Below, piece by piece: positions 35,153 to 47,187 of a stretch of 64,000 nt of DNA (its first letter is position 1; each line of letters opens with the position of its first letter). Below the pieces are notes generated by a model. That model had not been told where the DNA came from. It saw only the letters and a list, made by a program, of their open reading frames with translations, and searched no databases. The stretch is from Hyaloraphidium curvatum SAG 235-1 (lineage: Eukaryota; Fungi; Monoblepharomycota): NCBI GenBank assembly GCA_025558095.1, contig JAIVFI010000017.1:186001-250000 (forward strand). The letters run 5' to 3'. The position numbers and the translations under genes are program-made.

Positions 35153-35863
35153 ATGGCCGTCGACGAGCTCTCGGTGCTCATCAACCGGTTCTGTGCGCGG
35201 GAGACGCGCCCCCCCTTTGTCTCCCCCTCATTTCCCTCCCGTCCCCGGGCGCCAGACGACGCCATCGACGAGAACCGTTTCGACGACATGGCGGCGATGC
35301 TCACGCCGGGCGCCAAGATGATCTACGGTCCGCACGCGGGCGCCTTGCTTCCCGGGGACACAGGACCGGGGTGAACGCGTCCCCGCCCCCCGCGCGCGCA
35401 GCGAACCTGCCCCCCATACTCGGCCGCGACGCCATCAGGAACCTCTTCCTCTCCGTCGCCGCGACCCGCAAATCGGCCAAGCACAGGGACTACACGTTCT
35501 ACCCGCACCCCGGCAACCCCGACGGTCCGCCCGCGCTCCCGCCACCCGGGCAACGGACGGTCGGCTGACGCCCCGCCCGCCCGCCCGGCAGAGTTCATGG
35601 TCACCTGCATGTACGACCAGGTGATCCCCACCCCGCTGGGCGACAAGACCGTCTCGCTCCCCGCCGCCGTGCGGTTCGCGACGGAGGGCGGGCTGCTCTC
35701 ACTCTACGGTGGGTCCCCCTCGGCGGGCGGGCAGAAAGGGGGCTGATGCGGCGTGGTGCGGGCAGAGATATTCATGGATCCGACGCCGGGGACGATCGCG
35801 CAGGGCAAGGCGGTGGTGCCGGACGAGAAGCTGGATCCCAAGGTGGTGGACCACAAGGTGTAG
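35153..35863 (+). CDS. NTF2/SnoaL-like fold protein (4 introns)
   Basis: Spliced product: F.DAID..RFD....ML...A...Y.N.PPI.GRDAI...F...H......YEIFMDPTP. Confidence 0.7.
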
Positions 35864-36066
35864 TCCATCCCGTCGGGTCCCATTCCCAATCAGATCCTGG
35901 ATCCGATCAACATCGTGTCCGGGCGTGCCCGTTCCATTCGGCGGCCCAAGGGGTTCGGGTCCTGAGGAGTTTGGTGACTGGCTGGCGCGAGTGCCCTGCC
36001 TGGGGATAGTCAGAGACACCGACCTCGCCGAACCAATCCGAGGGAGGTATCGCGTTCTCGGGGCCA

Positions 36067-37601
36067 TGGACGAAGAGCAGCCCCCGTCGTCGGGGGAGGA
36101 CGCGGCCGCCGCGCCCTTCTTTGGCCCGGACGAGCTCGCCGCGCTGTTCCCCGCCGCCCTGCCTCCAGTCCGCTCGTTCGGACGCCGCCCGCCGCCGCCG
36201 GCCGCCCACAGGACGCTGCCGCTGTCGGAGTTCCGGCGCGTGCTCGGGAGGCAGCCGGCGCTGGCCGCCCTCGTGGACCTGAACCTCGCCCTTTCGTGGT
36301 TCGCCGCCCAGAGCCCGTTCCGCAATCTCCTCTGCGAGATTGGAGCCGTACTTCTCGTGGCAGCTGTGTGGCAAGCGAACGTTGCGTACCCGCGTTTCCC
36401 GCTCCGCGAGCAGATCCTGGCGACCTTCTGCTACGTGCTTTGCATCTCCGCCATCCTGATCTTCCCCCCTCTCTTTACGCGCTGGAAGCTCCGGTTCGCG
36501 AGCTATTCCGCCAAGCAGTCTGGGGAGCCGGACATGTCGGGCCACAGTCTCGCCGGGGTCGTGCAGTGGTGCCGACTCGCCGAGGCGCGTTCGGCCGAGG
36601 CGGGCAAGGCATCTCGCCTTCTTGAGCACGAGCCGGACGATCCTCTGTGTCCCTGCCCGCGGCCGTCGTGCGCCGGGGGCACGCTCCTCAGCACGACCGT
36701 GTACGCGTACGCCGACGACCTCGCGCGCGTGGCGGCGATGGCGGGCCATTCGTTTCTGGCCGCATGGACGCTTCAGTTTACTTTTCCGGATGCGGCGCGT
36801 ACCTGGTGGGGCATCGGAACCCTCGTCGTATTCTACGGTGGGTCTGTCCGCCGCTTTAGCGTCCCATGTTCCCCTCAAGCGCTGTTCCCAGCACTTTACC
36901 TGGTCGTCAACGGCTGGGTGACGATTCTGGGTGCCAGATTCCGTGCCAACCTCGCCACGCTCGACCTGTCGCGAAAGCTGCACCATCGCGCGGTCTGGCT
37001 CTGCCTTTCGTCGCTCGTTGACGGCTTCCAGGCCGAGATCGACAGCGGAGGATGTACGCTCCCGGGTGACGCGCCGGCCCATGAACCGTACCAATCCTTG
37101 CACTTCGAGCTCACGACCGTATGGCAGCAACGTTTCGCGTACTTGGCATTTAACAGCATATATCTCGGATTTTACGCGACCTTCACCCTCGTCCCGGCTC
37201 TGATCATGATCGCGTTTGGAGGCTGTCTGCCTGCTCTGTACCTTGCTTTTCTGGTCTACATCGGGATTGCGGTGTTTGCGGACGGCGCCAACGTCGCTGC
37301 CGCAAACAGCCACATCGAAACGGTCATGGACGCCTACCGGGCTGCCCGCCTTGCGCTGCGCCAGCTCGCGGCCCTCCCAAACGTCACCCCGGAAGCGGCA
37401 GCCCGGATTTCGAGGCACGACCAGGTGATCGGCTCCTTCCTGGATGCGGACAGGTGGAAGGCCCGCATGTTGGGCTTCGCGGTGACCCCGGGCAGCGTGC
37501 GGCGGATGGTGGTGACGCTCATCACTGTCTGTGTCGCGCTCTGGGGGGTGCTGCGTAGTTCGGGTGTGGTCTTTACGCTCGACATGGCTTGTTCAGGATG
37601 A
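36067..37601 (+). CDS. 7-TM family member 1 (GRL/7TMIC-like candidate), apparently intact; in-frame intron 36838-36891
   Basis: Seven hydrophobic segments. Family motifs H..DD.LCPC...C.G, LHHRAV, PY..LH..L...W..R, LGF.V..G.VR..VVT..T..V.LW..LR..G are shared with two other loci in the window. Confidence 0.75.
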
Positions 37602-37752
37602 TGTGCTGCTCAGTAAGCGACTGCGGCAGGTCGTGGATAGGCCAGCATCTCGTGCGGTGCCAATCTATCAGCTCTGGTATTCCCAATACACCATCCGATC
37701 CACCGTGCCGGAGCGGCCCCATCTCCTTCCCTCCCTCCCGCCGTCCACCCGC

Positions 37753-39758
37753 CTACCACCAGGGGAAGAACACCAGAGTAACGAGGAAGAAGACGGGGCA
37801 GGCGATGCCGATCGAGTAGGCCATGTACCCGAAGAAGCTCGGCATGCGCACGCCATTGTCCGTGCAGATGTTGCGCACGAGGAAGTTGGGTGCGTTGCCG
37901 ATGTAGGTGCTGCACGACGGCGGGGCGGGTCAGCAGCGAGCCGGGCTGCATCCGGGAGGGAACCCACTTTGCGCCCATGAATACGGCGCCGGCCGTAATG
38001 GCCTTGAGGTACGCCGCCTTGGGCCCCATGAGCTCCTCGGGGTCGCCGCCGGCCATGTTGAAGAACAAGAGGTAGGTCGGGGAGTTGTCGAGGAACGAGG
38101 ATAGGGCGCCGGTTGCCCAGAAGTACTCGGTCGGAGTGTCGATGGCGTTGATGAGGAAGCCCAGCGGGCCCGAGGCGCCCGACTCGAACATGATGAGGAT
38201 GGGGATGAGGCAGATGAAGATGCCGGTGAAGAGCACGGCGACCTCGTTGAAGGCGGCGAAGGAGAAGTTGTTGTCGCGGTGGATCCGCCTGGCGGTGAAG
38301 AAGAAGGACAGGACGCCGATGATTGTAAGCAGCACGTCCCGGCCGATGTTGAAGTACGACCAGAAGATGCCGTGGCTCGGGTCCGCAGGATCGTTCATGA
38401 CCGTGAAACCGGCATACGGGAATGCCTTGTTCAGGTACCCGGATGCGATCACCAGGCCGACGATGATGAGCACGGCGACGCAATTGTACCACCCGCGCAC
38501 GTCGAATTTCTCGCCGTGCGAGAGGCCTGGACGCAGCGCCATCCCGAAGCGCACGTACAGCTGCAGCGTGTGCCAGCCCCTGCTGTGCTCGGGCGGCGGT
38601 ATGACGACGGCGTCCGACTTTGCCCCGTCCACCATGGTGTCCACCTTTGCCTTGTCAACCGCGGCGTCCACGGCGGCGGGTAGGGGCGTGCCACGCACTG
38701 CCTTTCGCACCGAGGCCCACTTAGAAGGGCGGGCCGCGGGGGCGGGCAAAGTGGGCTCCGACAATGAGGGCGACGACGGCTCAGTGGGTGCCGAGAAAGC
38801 AGCGTTGTCCATCGCCGCATCGGGGAGCACGGGGAGGTCCGCGACGTTCGCCTCCGTGTCCAATTCGCCCGGCACGGTTGCGGGGGTCGAGGCCAGCGTC
38901 GCCTGCTCCGACTGCAAGGGCGTGGCGTCCACCGCGGTCCCGAGGATCTTCTTTGTCTCAATGACCTCCTCCAGCTCATGCTCCGGCACTTCCGGCAACG
39001 TAGCCTCTGTATCCCTTACCAGCAAAGTCCGCGAGTGCCCCACCATCTCGCGGTTGTAGAGGAACATGTCGAGCGGGAGGTAGATGACGAGCAGGATGCC
39101 CGCGGTGAAGGCCCAGTGCGGCAACATGTTTATCAGGGTCCAGAAAAAGTCCACGCCCTTGAGAAACCCGAGAAAGACCGGTGGGTCGCCGATGGGGGTC
39201 AGCACGCCGCCAATGTTGGAGACGAGAAAGATGAAGAAGACGAAGGTGTGGACCTTGTGCTTGCGCCCGTGCAGGGACCGCAGCACCGGTCGGATGAGCA
39301 GCATCGAGGCACCCGTGGTCCCCACGACCGAGGCAAGGACGGTGCCGATGAGAAGGGTGAGGAACGATGTCATCGGCTTCCCGTCGCCCGCTCCCTCGAT
39401 GACCACGCCGCCGGCCGTCACGTAGAGCGAGAAGATGAGCGAAATGAAGGAGATGTACTCCAGGAGCAGGGTATGCACGAGCTCATAGACGAGCTGCAGG
39501 CCTCCGAACTGCACGCCGAACCTGCGCGGCACCAGCGGGTCAGCCGCACCGCGCCCCGCGAAGTCGGCCCGGAACTCACGGAATTATGAAGGCGAGAGAA
39601 AAAACGGCGACCACGAGGCCCTGCCACCTTAATTGCTCCCAGAAGTGGGGGAAGGCGAGCGGGAAGATGGCGATGGACAGGAGGAGCCCAAAGAACGGGA
39701 CCATGTACGGCAGCGGCACCGAGAGGCCGCCTCCCGCGGCCTCCTCCGACGGCGCCAT
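37753..39758 (-). CDS. IT-superfamily transporter (bacterial-type Na+/H+ antiporter / CitMHS-like), 2 introns
   Basis: LLSIA.FP, GTTGASMLLIRP, FFIFLVSNIGG.LTP.GDPP.FLGFL.GV.FFW, EVA.LF.GIF, LSSFLDN.PTYL.F, GAVFMGA.TYIGN.PNF, MPSFFGY. Confidence 0.88.
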
Positions 39759-40449
39759 CGGGCCGGCGGTGCCGGAGCGGGTTTTGAAGCCCCGATGGGG
39801 CGGAATAGAGGTCGAGCTCTTTTGAGTTTTCACACGGCCGCCTGCCGCCACCCGCAATTGCATCAGCCCGCACCTGCGGAGCACGTGGCCAATCCTCCCA
39901 CCGGGATCCGCTCCAAGCTCACGATCGAGCTTCAAGAGACACATACTGCAGGCCTGAGGGGCGGAGAGAATACTCCGAGGCTGGATCACGAAGCTGCGTT
40001 GAGAATTCCGCCCGCGGCGCAAAGGCGTCGGCGGAATCTCCGCGAATGCCGAGCCCTGTCATCCTGATCAAAGACTAGTAGTCCTCCGAGACCGGTGAAG
40101 AATAATGAGCTGGATTGAGTTTGACCGGCCCGGGTCCGGCAGGCAGTCCTGGCAGGCCTGGCAGGCGTCGTCGTTTCAATCGCGCAACGCACGCGCCCCG
40201 AGACAAGAGTGGGTCAGCGGAGGGGCACTCTGAGCCCTCAAAGCCCCGCACCTGTTCAGAGTCACTCTGATCGGAGATGGCTTCGGGGATCATGAGGCAA
40301 TCGGAGAGATGTTGGCAGCGAACCCCACGCTCCAGGAACTCGATCCCGAACACATCCTCAGCGTTGTGAGCTTCTTTTCTTCGCCTCAGCCGGTACGAAG
40401 CTTTCGTTGATGTGCTGTTTTCCAAATCCAAAGTGAAGCTCTCGACAGG

Positions 40450-40911
40450 GCAATCGCGGCCAACGGACGAGAGCTTCGTTTTCTGAAGTTGGCGGATCTG
40501 AGAAGCATTAAAGCGATCTGCTCGAGCCTGGCGGATCTCGAGCATCTGGGATGGGGTATCGAGTGGATTGAAGACGGAGTGTGCCCTCCTCTGGCGAAGC
40601 TGCGGAACCTGCGGAGCCTCACGTTTACCGAGATGTTTTACGACGGCCTGGAGGACCGCGAGGCCGAGATGGAGCTGAGCGAGGCAGCTGCCCAGCTTCC
40701 CGGGCTGAACTACATCAGGGACCTCTACTACGACGTGACCGATCGTGTGCTCGATTACCGGTTCTCTTCCGAGTGCGGCGAGGACGACGAGGATTGGGAC
40801 CACGAGAGAGAAGGCGGCGCGGTGGAAGACGCGGGCACGGAGGACGCACAAGCATGCGAGACGGCAACAGATGAGAGCATCACCTTCGAAGGCCCGAATG
40901 GATCCTTTTGA
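40450..40911 (+). pseudogene. LRR-like C-terminal gene fragment
   Basis: LRFLKL...LEHLGW...LRNLRSLTF leucine-rich pattern plus acidic tail; no convincing 5' exons or start. Confidence 0.35.
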
Positions 40912-41074
40912 TCGAAATGAAACGACCGACTCGCTGTGCATGTGGTCGTGCATGGGCCTGGGTCGCGGGAGACCCTCCGCCCAACCAGCCGCCGCCGAGG
41001 GAAGCTGTTCGGGCCCCTCGCCCACCCGTGCCGCGCCGCGCCGGGCGTGCGAGCCTCGCAAACCAGTGCCTGCG

Positions 41075-43855
41075 ATGGCGGCACCGCGCCGCGGCGGGGG
41101 AACGGCGCGGGGGCGGCTCCCCCGCGCCGCCGTCCATGTGATGACGCTCGCCGCCGCTGTGTTCGTCGCCCTCGCCGGCGCCGCCCGCGCCGCGAACCTC
41201 GCCATCGAGCTGGAGCCGCTGATCGACGTCAACGACAAGCGCCTGGAGATCCAAGGCTACCTCGACAACTCGCAGGAGTTCAACGAGAACGTGCAGGGCT
41301 GCCTGAAGCGCGGCTACTCGATCGAGCGCTGCCTGCAGACCGCCACCTTCTGCCTCGGCGCCTCGATCGTGCTCGAGCAGATGCCGTGGAGCTTCGTGCC
41401 GTCCGAGTATTTCGGTGCCTTCAAGCTGGACTGCGGCAAGGGCGAGTGCTTCCAGTGCTGCCAGACCGGGCCCGGGTCGTGCCACACCTCCTTCATCGGC
41501 TTCCCCGTCATCAACTGCGACGCCAAGTATGGCGCTGGCACCAAGCCCGCCGGCCTCACCCGGCTCGACCCCGACGTCGACTCTCTGGGCCAAGCCTGCC
41601 TCTTCATCCCCCAGGGGTGCGACCACCTTTCGGGCTGCAACTCCGCCTCCGTCGGCGTCTCGCGCCGGCGGCTCGCGAAGCGGGTGCAGGCCGCCGAGAT
41701 CCCCGGGTTCCAGGACGAGGCGTCGGACCGCTCGCGCGCTCTGTCGTTCGGGATGCAGGTCCAGTGGTCCTTTTCCAAGTACCTCGAGGACTTTGCGACC
41801 CAGACGTCGCAGGGCACCTTTGAAAACGCGTCGTCGTTTGAGACGGCGGAGTATTCGCCCCACATCCTGACGGTGCAGGACTGGTTGACCAATCGCGGCC
41901 GCAAGGGGTGGCGCACCGACATCCTCACCAAGCCCCTGTTCCCCTCGGCTGCCGACGTGCCACCGCACCTCCAGGTGCGCAACGAATCCGGCCACCTGCA
42001 GGACCAGCCCAGCAAGCTCGGCCTCCTCGTCGCATGGGGCGTGCAGAACGCCCTGCGGAGCTTCCCCAACCTGTACGAGCGCTTCCGCTACACGGAGCAG
42101 CGGATCTGGTCCACCGCCGCCAAGCAGACCAGCTTCGCCGCGGCGCTGGGGACCGCGGACCCCTCCGCCGCGGCGTGGAACTCGTCGACGGGGCCGTCGT
42201 ACGCCGTCATGGAGGGCGTGTGGATGCTGCAGGACTGGAGGCTGCTGTCGATCCCCGCACCGGGCGAGCCGACGGTGCCCGCGGGGCAGTTCCAGAACGT
42301 GGAGATGGGAAAGGCGGCAAGGATCGTGCGGATCGTGCTGCGGAGGACGCGGAGCCCGGGGAGCGTGGAGGTGCGCCTCGTGCTCGAGATCGAGGACCCC
42401 GAGGCGGGCGTGTCGGCCAACGCGCGGCCGATGGCGGTGGACTGGGGCGACCATTCTCCCGCCGATCCCCACCAGGTCCCCTCGAGCGAGGCGACCTTCG
42501 CGGTCGCGCACACCTACACCCGCGCACAGGCGGCCAAGACCTTCCTCGTGCGCATCTGGCTCGAAAACGAGACGGGCCTGCGCAGCACTGTCGCGCTGGC
42601 CGTTCGGATCGCCGGCACCGGCGTTGCACCGCCCCCCGTGCGGCGTGCGCTCTCGTCGACGCAGCCCCTCCTGGTCGAGATTGCGCTCCCGGGCTTCCAG
42701 CTAAAGAACTTTGACCCGAACCTCGTCGGCATGCGGTTTCGTCTGCACCTCCGCCGCGCGGACCAGGCCGCGCCGGGCACGCTGTCTGGCATCACGCCGT
42801 ACCTCCCCAGCGACGGCGCGGACGATTTTAACCCACAGGTGCGGGAACTCCTGGCAACCAACGTCAACAGTGAGCCGGCCCTGGACAGGCTGGCGATCGA
42901 GCCGGACCATGCGGGCATCTGGTGCCGTTACGGGAACAAGTTCCGGTTCTCGCGCACCCTGCGCGGGCGCACGATCGACCCCGCCACGGGGCGCCACGTC
43001 GACTTTTCGATCCCCCTGCAGCGCTCGGACCTCAAGATCTTCGTCTCCACGGAGCTCCCCGACGGCGCGTGGTCCAATGCGACCGAAGCCGAGCCGTCGC
43101 TCGCGGACTCGTACATCACGGTGAACGCCACCGCAGGGACCTTCGACGTGGAGCTGTGCGTCATCCCCGGGCTCGAGTGGATCGTGCTCTCCCGGCTCGA
43201 GGTTGACCTCTCCTCGCGCGCCGAGGAGCTCTACGCGGCTGCCTGGTCTGCCCTCTCGGCATCGCTCGAGAACGGCGCGGCGTACGACGATCTGGAGGCC
43301 GCGGGTTGGGCCGAGACCCGGCCCGGGCCGGGGGTCAGGTTCGCGGATCCGGCGGGGGAGGCGGCGCGGACGGCGAGGGCGAGGTGGCAGGGGTTCGGGG
43401 TGGCGGTGTGGGACGAGGCGTGGACGACCACGCAGACGACGAGCACGTCGGCGACTCTAACGACAAGCACGACGAGCCAAACGAGCAGCACGACGACCTA
43501 CACGACCTCGACGACGACCTACACGACCTCTACGACGACCCATACGAGCAGCACGACTACCTTTACGAGCAGCACCACGACCCGGACGCCCGATCCGGTG
43601 CGGACCACCTCCCCGCCCGCTCGCACCACCACCCGCCAGCCCGACGCGGTTCCGATCACCACCGCGATCGCGAGGCCGACGTCGAAAAAGGTCGTTCCGA
43701 CCACCGCGGGAGCCAAGGGCGGCAAGCGGACGACGTCGCGGCGGCGGACGACGTCGAAGCGCAGGACGTCGGCCAAGAAGAGGACGTCGACCAAGCGGAA
43801 GACGTCGACGAGGAGGAGGATCACCACGAAAAAGAAGACGGTGAAGAGGATGTGA
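41075..43855 (+). CDS. Large intronless secreted protein: Cys-rich domain, PKD-like Ig domain, Thr-rich stalk, polybasic tail
   Basis: Hydrophobic signal (TLAAAVFVALAGAARA); PKD-like VDWGD...AHTY...V.I..EN..GL; TTS/TTY repeats; KRTTSRRRTTSKRR tail. Confidence 0.75.
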   Translation: MAAPRRGGGTARGRLPRAAVHVMTLAAAVFVALAGAARAANLAIELEPLIDVNDKRLEIQGYLDNSQEFNENVQGCLKRGYSIERCLQTATFCLGASIVLEQMPWSFVPSEYFGAFKLDCGKGECFQCCQTGPGSCHTSFIGFPVINCDAKYGAGTKPAGLTRLDPDVDSLGQACLFIPQGCDHLSGCNSASVGVSRRRLAKRVQAAEIPGFQDEASDRSRALSFGMQVQWSFSKYLEDFATQTSQGTFENASSFETAEYSPHILTVQDWLTNRGRKGWRTDILTKPLFPSAADVPPHLQVRNESGHLQDQPSKLGLLVAWGVQNALRSFPNLYERFRYTEQRIWSTAAKQTSFAAALGTADPSAAAWNSSTGPSYAVMEGVWMLQDWRLLSIPAPGEPTVPAGQFQNVEMGKAARIVRIVLRRTRSPGSVEVRLVLEIEDPEAGVSANARPMAVDWGDHSPADPHQVPSSEATFAVAHTYTRAQAAKTFLVRIWLENETGLRSTVALAVRIAGTGVAPPPVRRALSSTQPLLVEIALPGFQLKNFDPNLVGMRFRLHLRRADQAAPGTLSGITPYLPSDGADDFNPQVRELLATNVNSEPALDRLAIEPDHAGIWCRYGNKFRFSRTLRGRTIDPATGRHVDFSIPLQRSDLKIFVSTELPDGAWSNATEAEPSLADSYITVNATAGTFDVELCVIPGLEWIVLSRLEVDLSSRAEELYAAAWSALSASLENGAAYDDLEAAGWAETRPGPGVRFADPAGEAARTARARWQGFGVAVWDEAWTTTQTTSTSATLTTSTTSQTSSTTTYTTSTTTYTTSTTTHTSSTTTFTSSTTTRTPDPVRTTSPPARTTTRQPDAVPITTAIARPTSKKVVPTTAGAKGGKRTTSRRRTTSKRRTSAKKRTSTKRKTSTRRRITTKKKTVKRM

Positions 43856-44283
43856 TCGGCATCTGGGAAGGGTGACGACGAGGGGCTGAAGTCAAAAGCG
43901 GCCGGCGGACCGCACGGGAACTGGTTGCTGAATCATTTATCTGAGTCCTGCTGATGTGAAGCCTGTATTGGAGCTGCTCAGTACTCCGATTGCATGTCCG
44001 GTCAGACGCCTTCCGATCGGTGTCCTGGCGTTGGCCTTGCGAAGGCACAGCAGGGGGTGCCTGGACGCGGATCGGGGCCAGCGGTGCCGGAACCACATAC
44101 AGGAGCACATATCAAGGCATTCGAAAGCTTTTCGGCATCTCCGGATCACCCGACTGCGGTGTCCGAACCGCGTGGCGGAGTCGCTCGGTTCTCTGAAGAC
44201 CCTTTGTCAGTCGGGGCTGGACGGGAGCACTTCACCCGGAAGGACACACCACCCGAGCGCCCCCCCATCGGCCCGGCCCCGCG

Positions 44284-45881
44284 ATGCGGCCGGCCGAGGA
44301 TATTGGACAGCGAGCGGCAGCGGCGGCGGCGGGGCGGCGGGGCGGGCGGGGATCGCGCGGGCCGCGCGGCGTGCTGCGCGGCGCCCTCCTCCTCGCCGCC
44401 CTGGCCGCCCTCGCCGCGCCCGCCCTTTCCCTCGACCTGACGAACTCGCTCGTCGTCGACATCATCCGCGCCGACGCCGGGCAGACCACGCTGCTGCGCG
44501 AGTACATCGTGCTCAACTCGTCCATCAACCCGCTGCCCGGCTCGCCGTCGCCGCCCCCGGAGGGCACCCGCGGCCAGATGGTCAACTTCGACGCATGCAA
44601 CCCGACGCCCCTGCGGCCCACGGTGTTCTCGGACCTGGGCTACGTCGCCCTGATCGCGAACCTGTCGGCGCCCTGCCCGCTCGAGCAGAAGCTGGCCGCA
44701 GTCACCGCCGACCCGCTCGTGAAGGCAGCCGTCTTCTACGACTACTCGTTCCCCAACGTCTCGGAGACGGACTGGATCCCGCAGTCGTTCCAGAACTTCA
44801 GCATCCCGTTCTACTGGATGGAAGGCTCCCTCGGCAGCGACTACTCGGACCTGCTCGACCGCGTGTACCGCAGCTACCCGCCGGGCACCTACGTCGGGGT
44901 GCGTTGCCCTCCCGTTCTTCTGCCATGGTACCCGATCTGATGTCCCGCCCCGCAGTCGACGACCGTGCTCATCATCGGCACGCTGTTCGGCCGCACCGTC
45001 GTGCTGCCCAGCGTTAGCATGTACAAGCAGACCCTCTTCATCGCCGGCATCGTCGTCGTCGGCGTCATGCTCCTGGGCTTCGGCTACTTCATGTGGCGCA
45101 GCCGCAAGAGGGTGAGTTGCGGCGGTGCGGCGTGCACGGACTCCTCTTGACTGACTGCACACTCCAGGGCTGGTGGGCGCCCACCTCATCCCCCGGCATC
45201 GACCTCGAGCTCCTGCAGCGCACCCTGGCCAACGCCCAGGCGGCCGCCGCCAACGCACCCAAGCTGGCCGTGCTCACGCAGCGCCAGCTGGACATGCTCC
45301 CCCTGAAGACGTTCGACGACGAACCGCGCAAGAGCACCGACACGCGGCGGTCGTTCGCGTCGCGGAAGAGCGTGGATGCGAGGAAGAGCCTCGAGGCGGC
45401 GTCGGCGCTGGCCGCCGCGTCGGCCGCCGCCGCATCCTCCTCCGCGCCCGCACTGCCGGCCGCACCCGCGGCGACCCCCGTCCCTTCCCCCTCCGCCGCC
45501 TCCCTCTCCCCGCCCGACGCCGGCGTCGACGCCCCCGCCGGCCCTACGCTGACGGCCCCGGGCTCGTGCCCCATCTGCCTCGACCCCCCCGCGGACCTCC
45601 CGATCCGCTTCCTCCCGTGTTCCCACGCCTTCCACGCCGCGTGCGTGGACGTCTGGCTGCTCGAGAAGAGCGCCATGTGCCCCCTGTGCAGGGCGGACTG
45701 CCGCCCCGAGGACGAGAGGGAGGAGGCGCAGCAACCGGAGGCGCCGGTGCAGCAGCCCGCGGACGGGACGGCGCAGCCGGTGCCGGTACAGGCACCGGTT
45801 CAGGCCCAGGAGGAGGAGGGCGGAAACGTGTTCCGCAGAATGTATAGGCGGACGTTGGCGGCGGTGGATTCGGTGATCTAG
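44284..45881 (+). CDS. PA-domain / TM / RING-H2 E3 ligase (RNF13/GRAIL/RMR-like)
   Basis: Signal-like segment, PA-like (YVALI....C..E.K......AAVFY), TM helix, CPICLD...LPCSHAFH..C.D.WL.....CPLCR; 2 introns. Confidence 0.85.
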
Positions 45882-46160
45882 AGCGGGAATGCATGGGTGA
45901 TCTCTCGTGATTGTGCGGACGGGCGGGCCGCGTCTTTCTCGCGATCGGGCGCGCGGGCGGGCCCTTCCGTCCGGATCGGACGCCTCGTCGGTTTCATCCG
46001 CTGGATCCGGTCCGCGCTCGGTCACCAAGGGATGGATTGGGAGACAGCGGGGAGTTAGCGCGGATCGGCAACCACCGCGGGCGGCGATCCTCCAGTCGGT
46101 CCGCTCCGTTTCCCGCCACACCTACCGACCGCATCGCCCTCCCTCCGGGAAACCGCAGCC

Positions 46161-46995
46161 ATGCCTGACAAGCCGACCACGATGGCCGTCGTCGTGGGTG
46201 CCCCCCGCGTGTGCCTTCGCGGCGTGGCCGACCGACCGACGCAACGCGCAGCTGTACGACGGTTTCGAGATGCTCGACACCTTCGGCCCCCTGGAGCTGT
46301 TCAACTACGTCCCAAACCTGCGATTCTTCGTCGTCACCGAGGACGGAAAGCCGGCGCGGATCTACGCCGGCCCGCAGAAGGAGGGCGTCAAGCCCGTGCT
46401 CGGCACCTCGGTCGAGGCGGAATACAGCTACGAAAACGCGCCCAAGGCAGACATCGTGTTTTTGCCCGGCGGCTACGGGAGCTTCCCGCAGGAGGCCAAC
46501 GCAAAGACGCTGGAGTACCTCGAAAAGGCGGGCAAGGACGCCAAGTTCGTCCTCACTGGTCCGTCCCCCCGCCGCTTCCCCTCCCCGCTCCGTATTGACC
46601 CTCGGATCGCGCAGTCTGCACCGGCTCCCTCATCCTCGCCAAGACCAGCCTCCTCCGCTCCCGCCGCGCGACGAGCAACAAGGCCGTGATGGCCATGCCC
46701 GGCCGCGTCGGGCCGCAGACGTACCCGGGGGTGGACTGGGTGCCCAAGGCGCGGTGGGTGAGGAGCGAGGGGGCGCCGGAGATCTGGACGAGCTCGGGCG
46801 TCGCGGCCGGTACGTCTTTCCCGAGCGGGTTAAAGGGCGGGCGCTGACACCAACGGGCCAGGGATCGACATGGCGCACGCCTTCATCGCGCAGGTGTGGG
46901 GGCAGGAGCTGGCGGACGGGATCGCGACGGGGACCGAGTACGAGCCGCACAGGGACGCGGCGTGGGATCCGTTCGCGCAGGAGTACAAGATTTGA
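46161..46995 (+). CDS. DJ-1/PfpI family protein
   Basis: LYDGFE.LD.FGP.E, DI..LPGG.G, VCTGS..LA, RWV, WTSSGV.AG.DMA; 3 introns. Confidence 0.9.
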
Positions 46996-47187
46996 GTCGA
47001 CGGCGGGAAGCATGAGGCGCGGTTTCCGGACGTCGACGGCGGGAAGCAGGGCAACGTACGCTTTGATTCGGCTGTTGCAGTACACATTCGGATGTCGCAA
47101 TTCCGCGCTCGTTCGTCCTTCTGCTCCCAATCCAGCTCAAACAGCCGGAGCACCACCTGTACCCATCCTGCAGTATCAATGTTCCAC

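Noticed and set aside
43420-43855. ACG/ACC microsatellite-like tract
   Set aside because: It encodes the Thr-rich stalk and basic tail of the secreted protein.
47000-47187. SECIS element that would make the TGA a selenocysteine
   Set aside because: No AUGA...GA quartet stem was seen downstream on the minus strand, and the position is not a redox motif.
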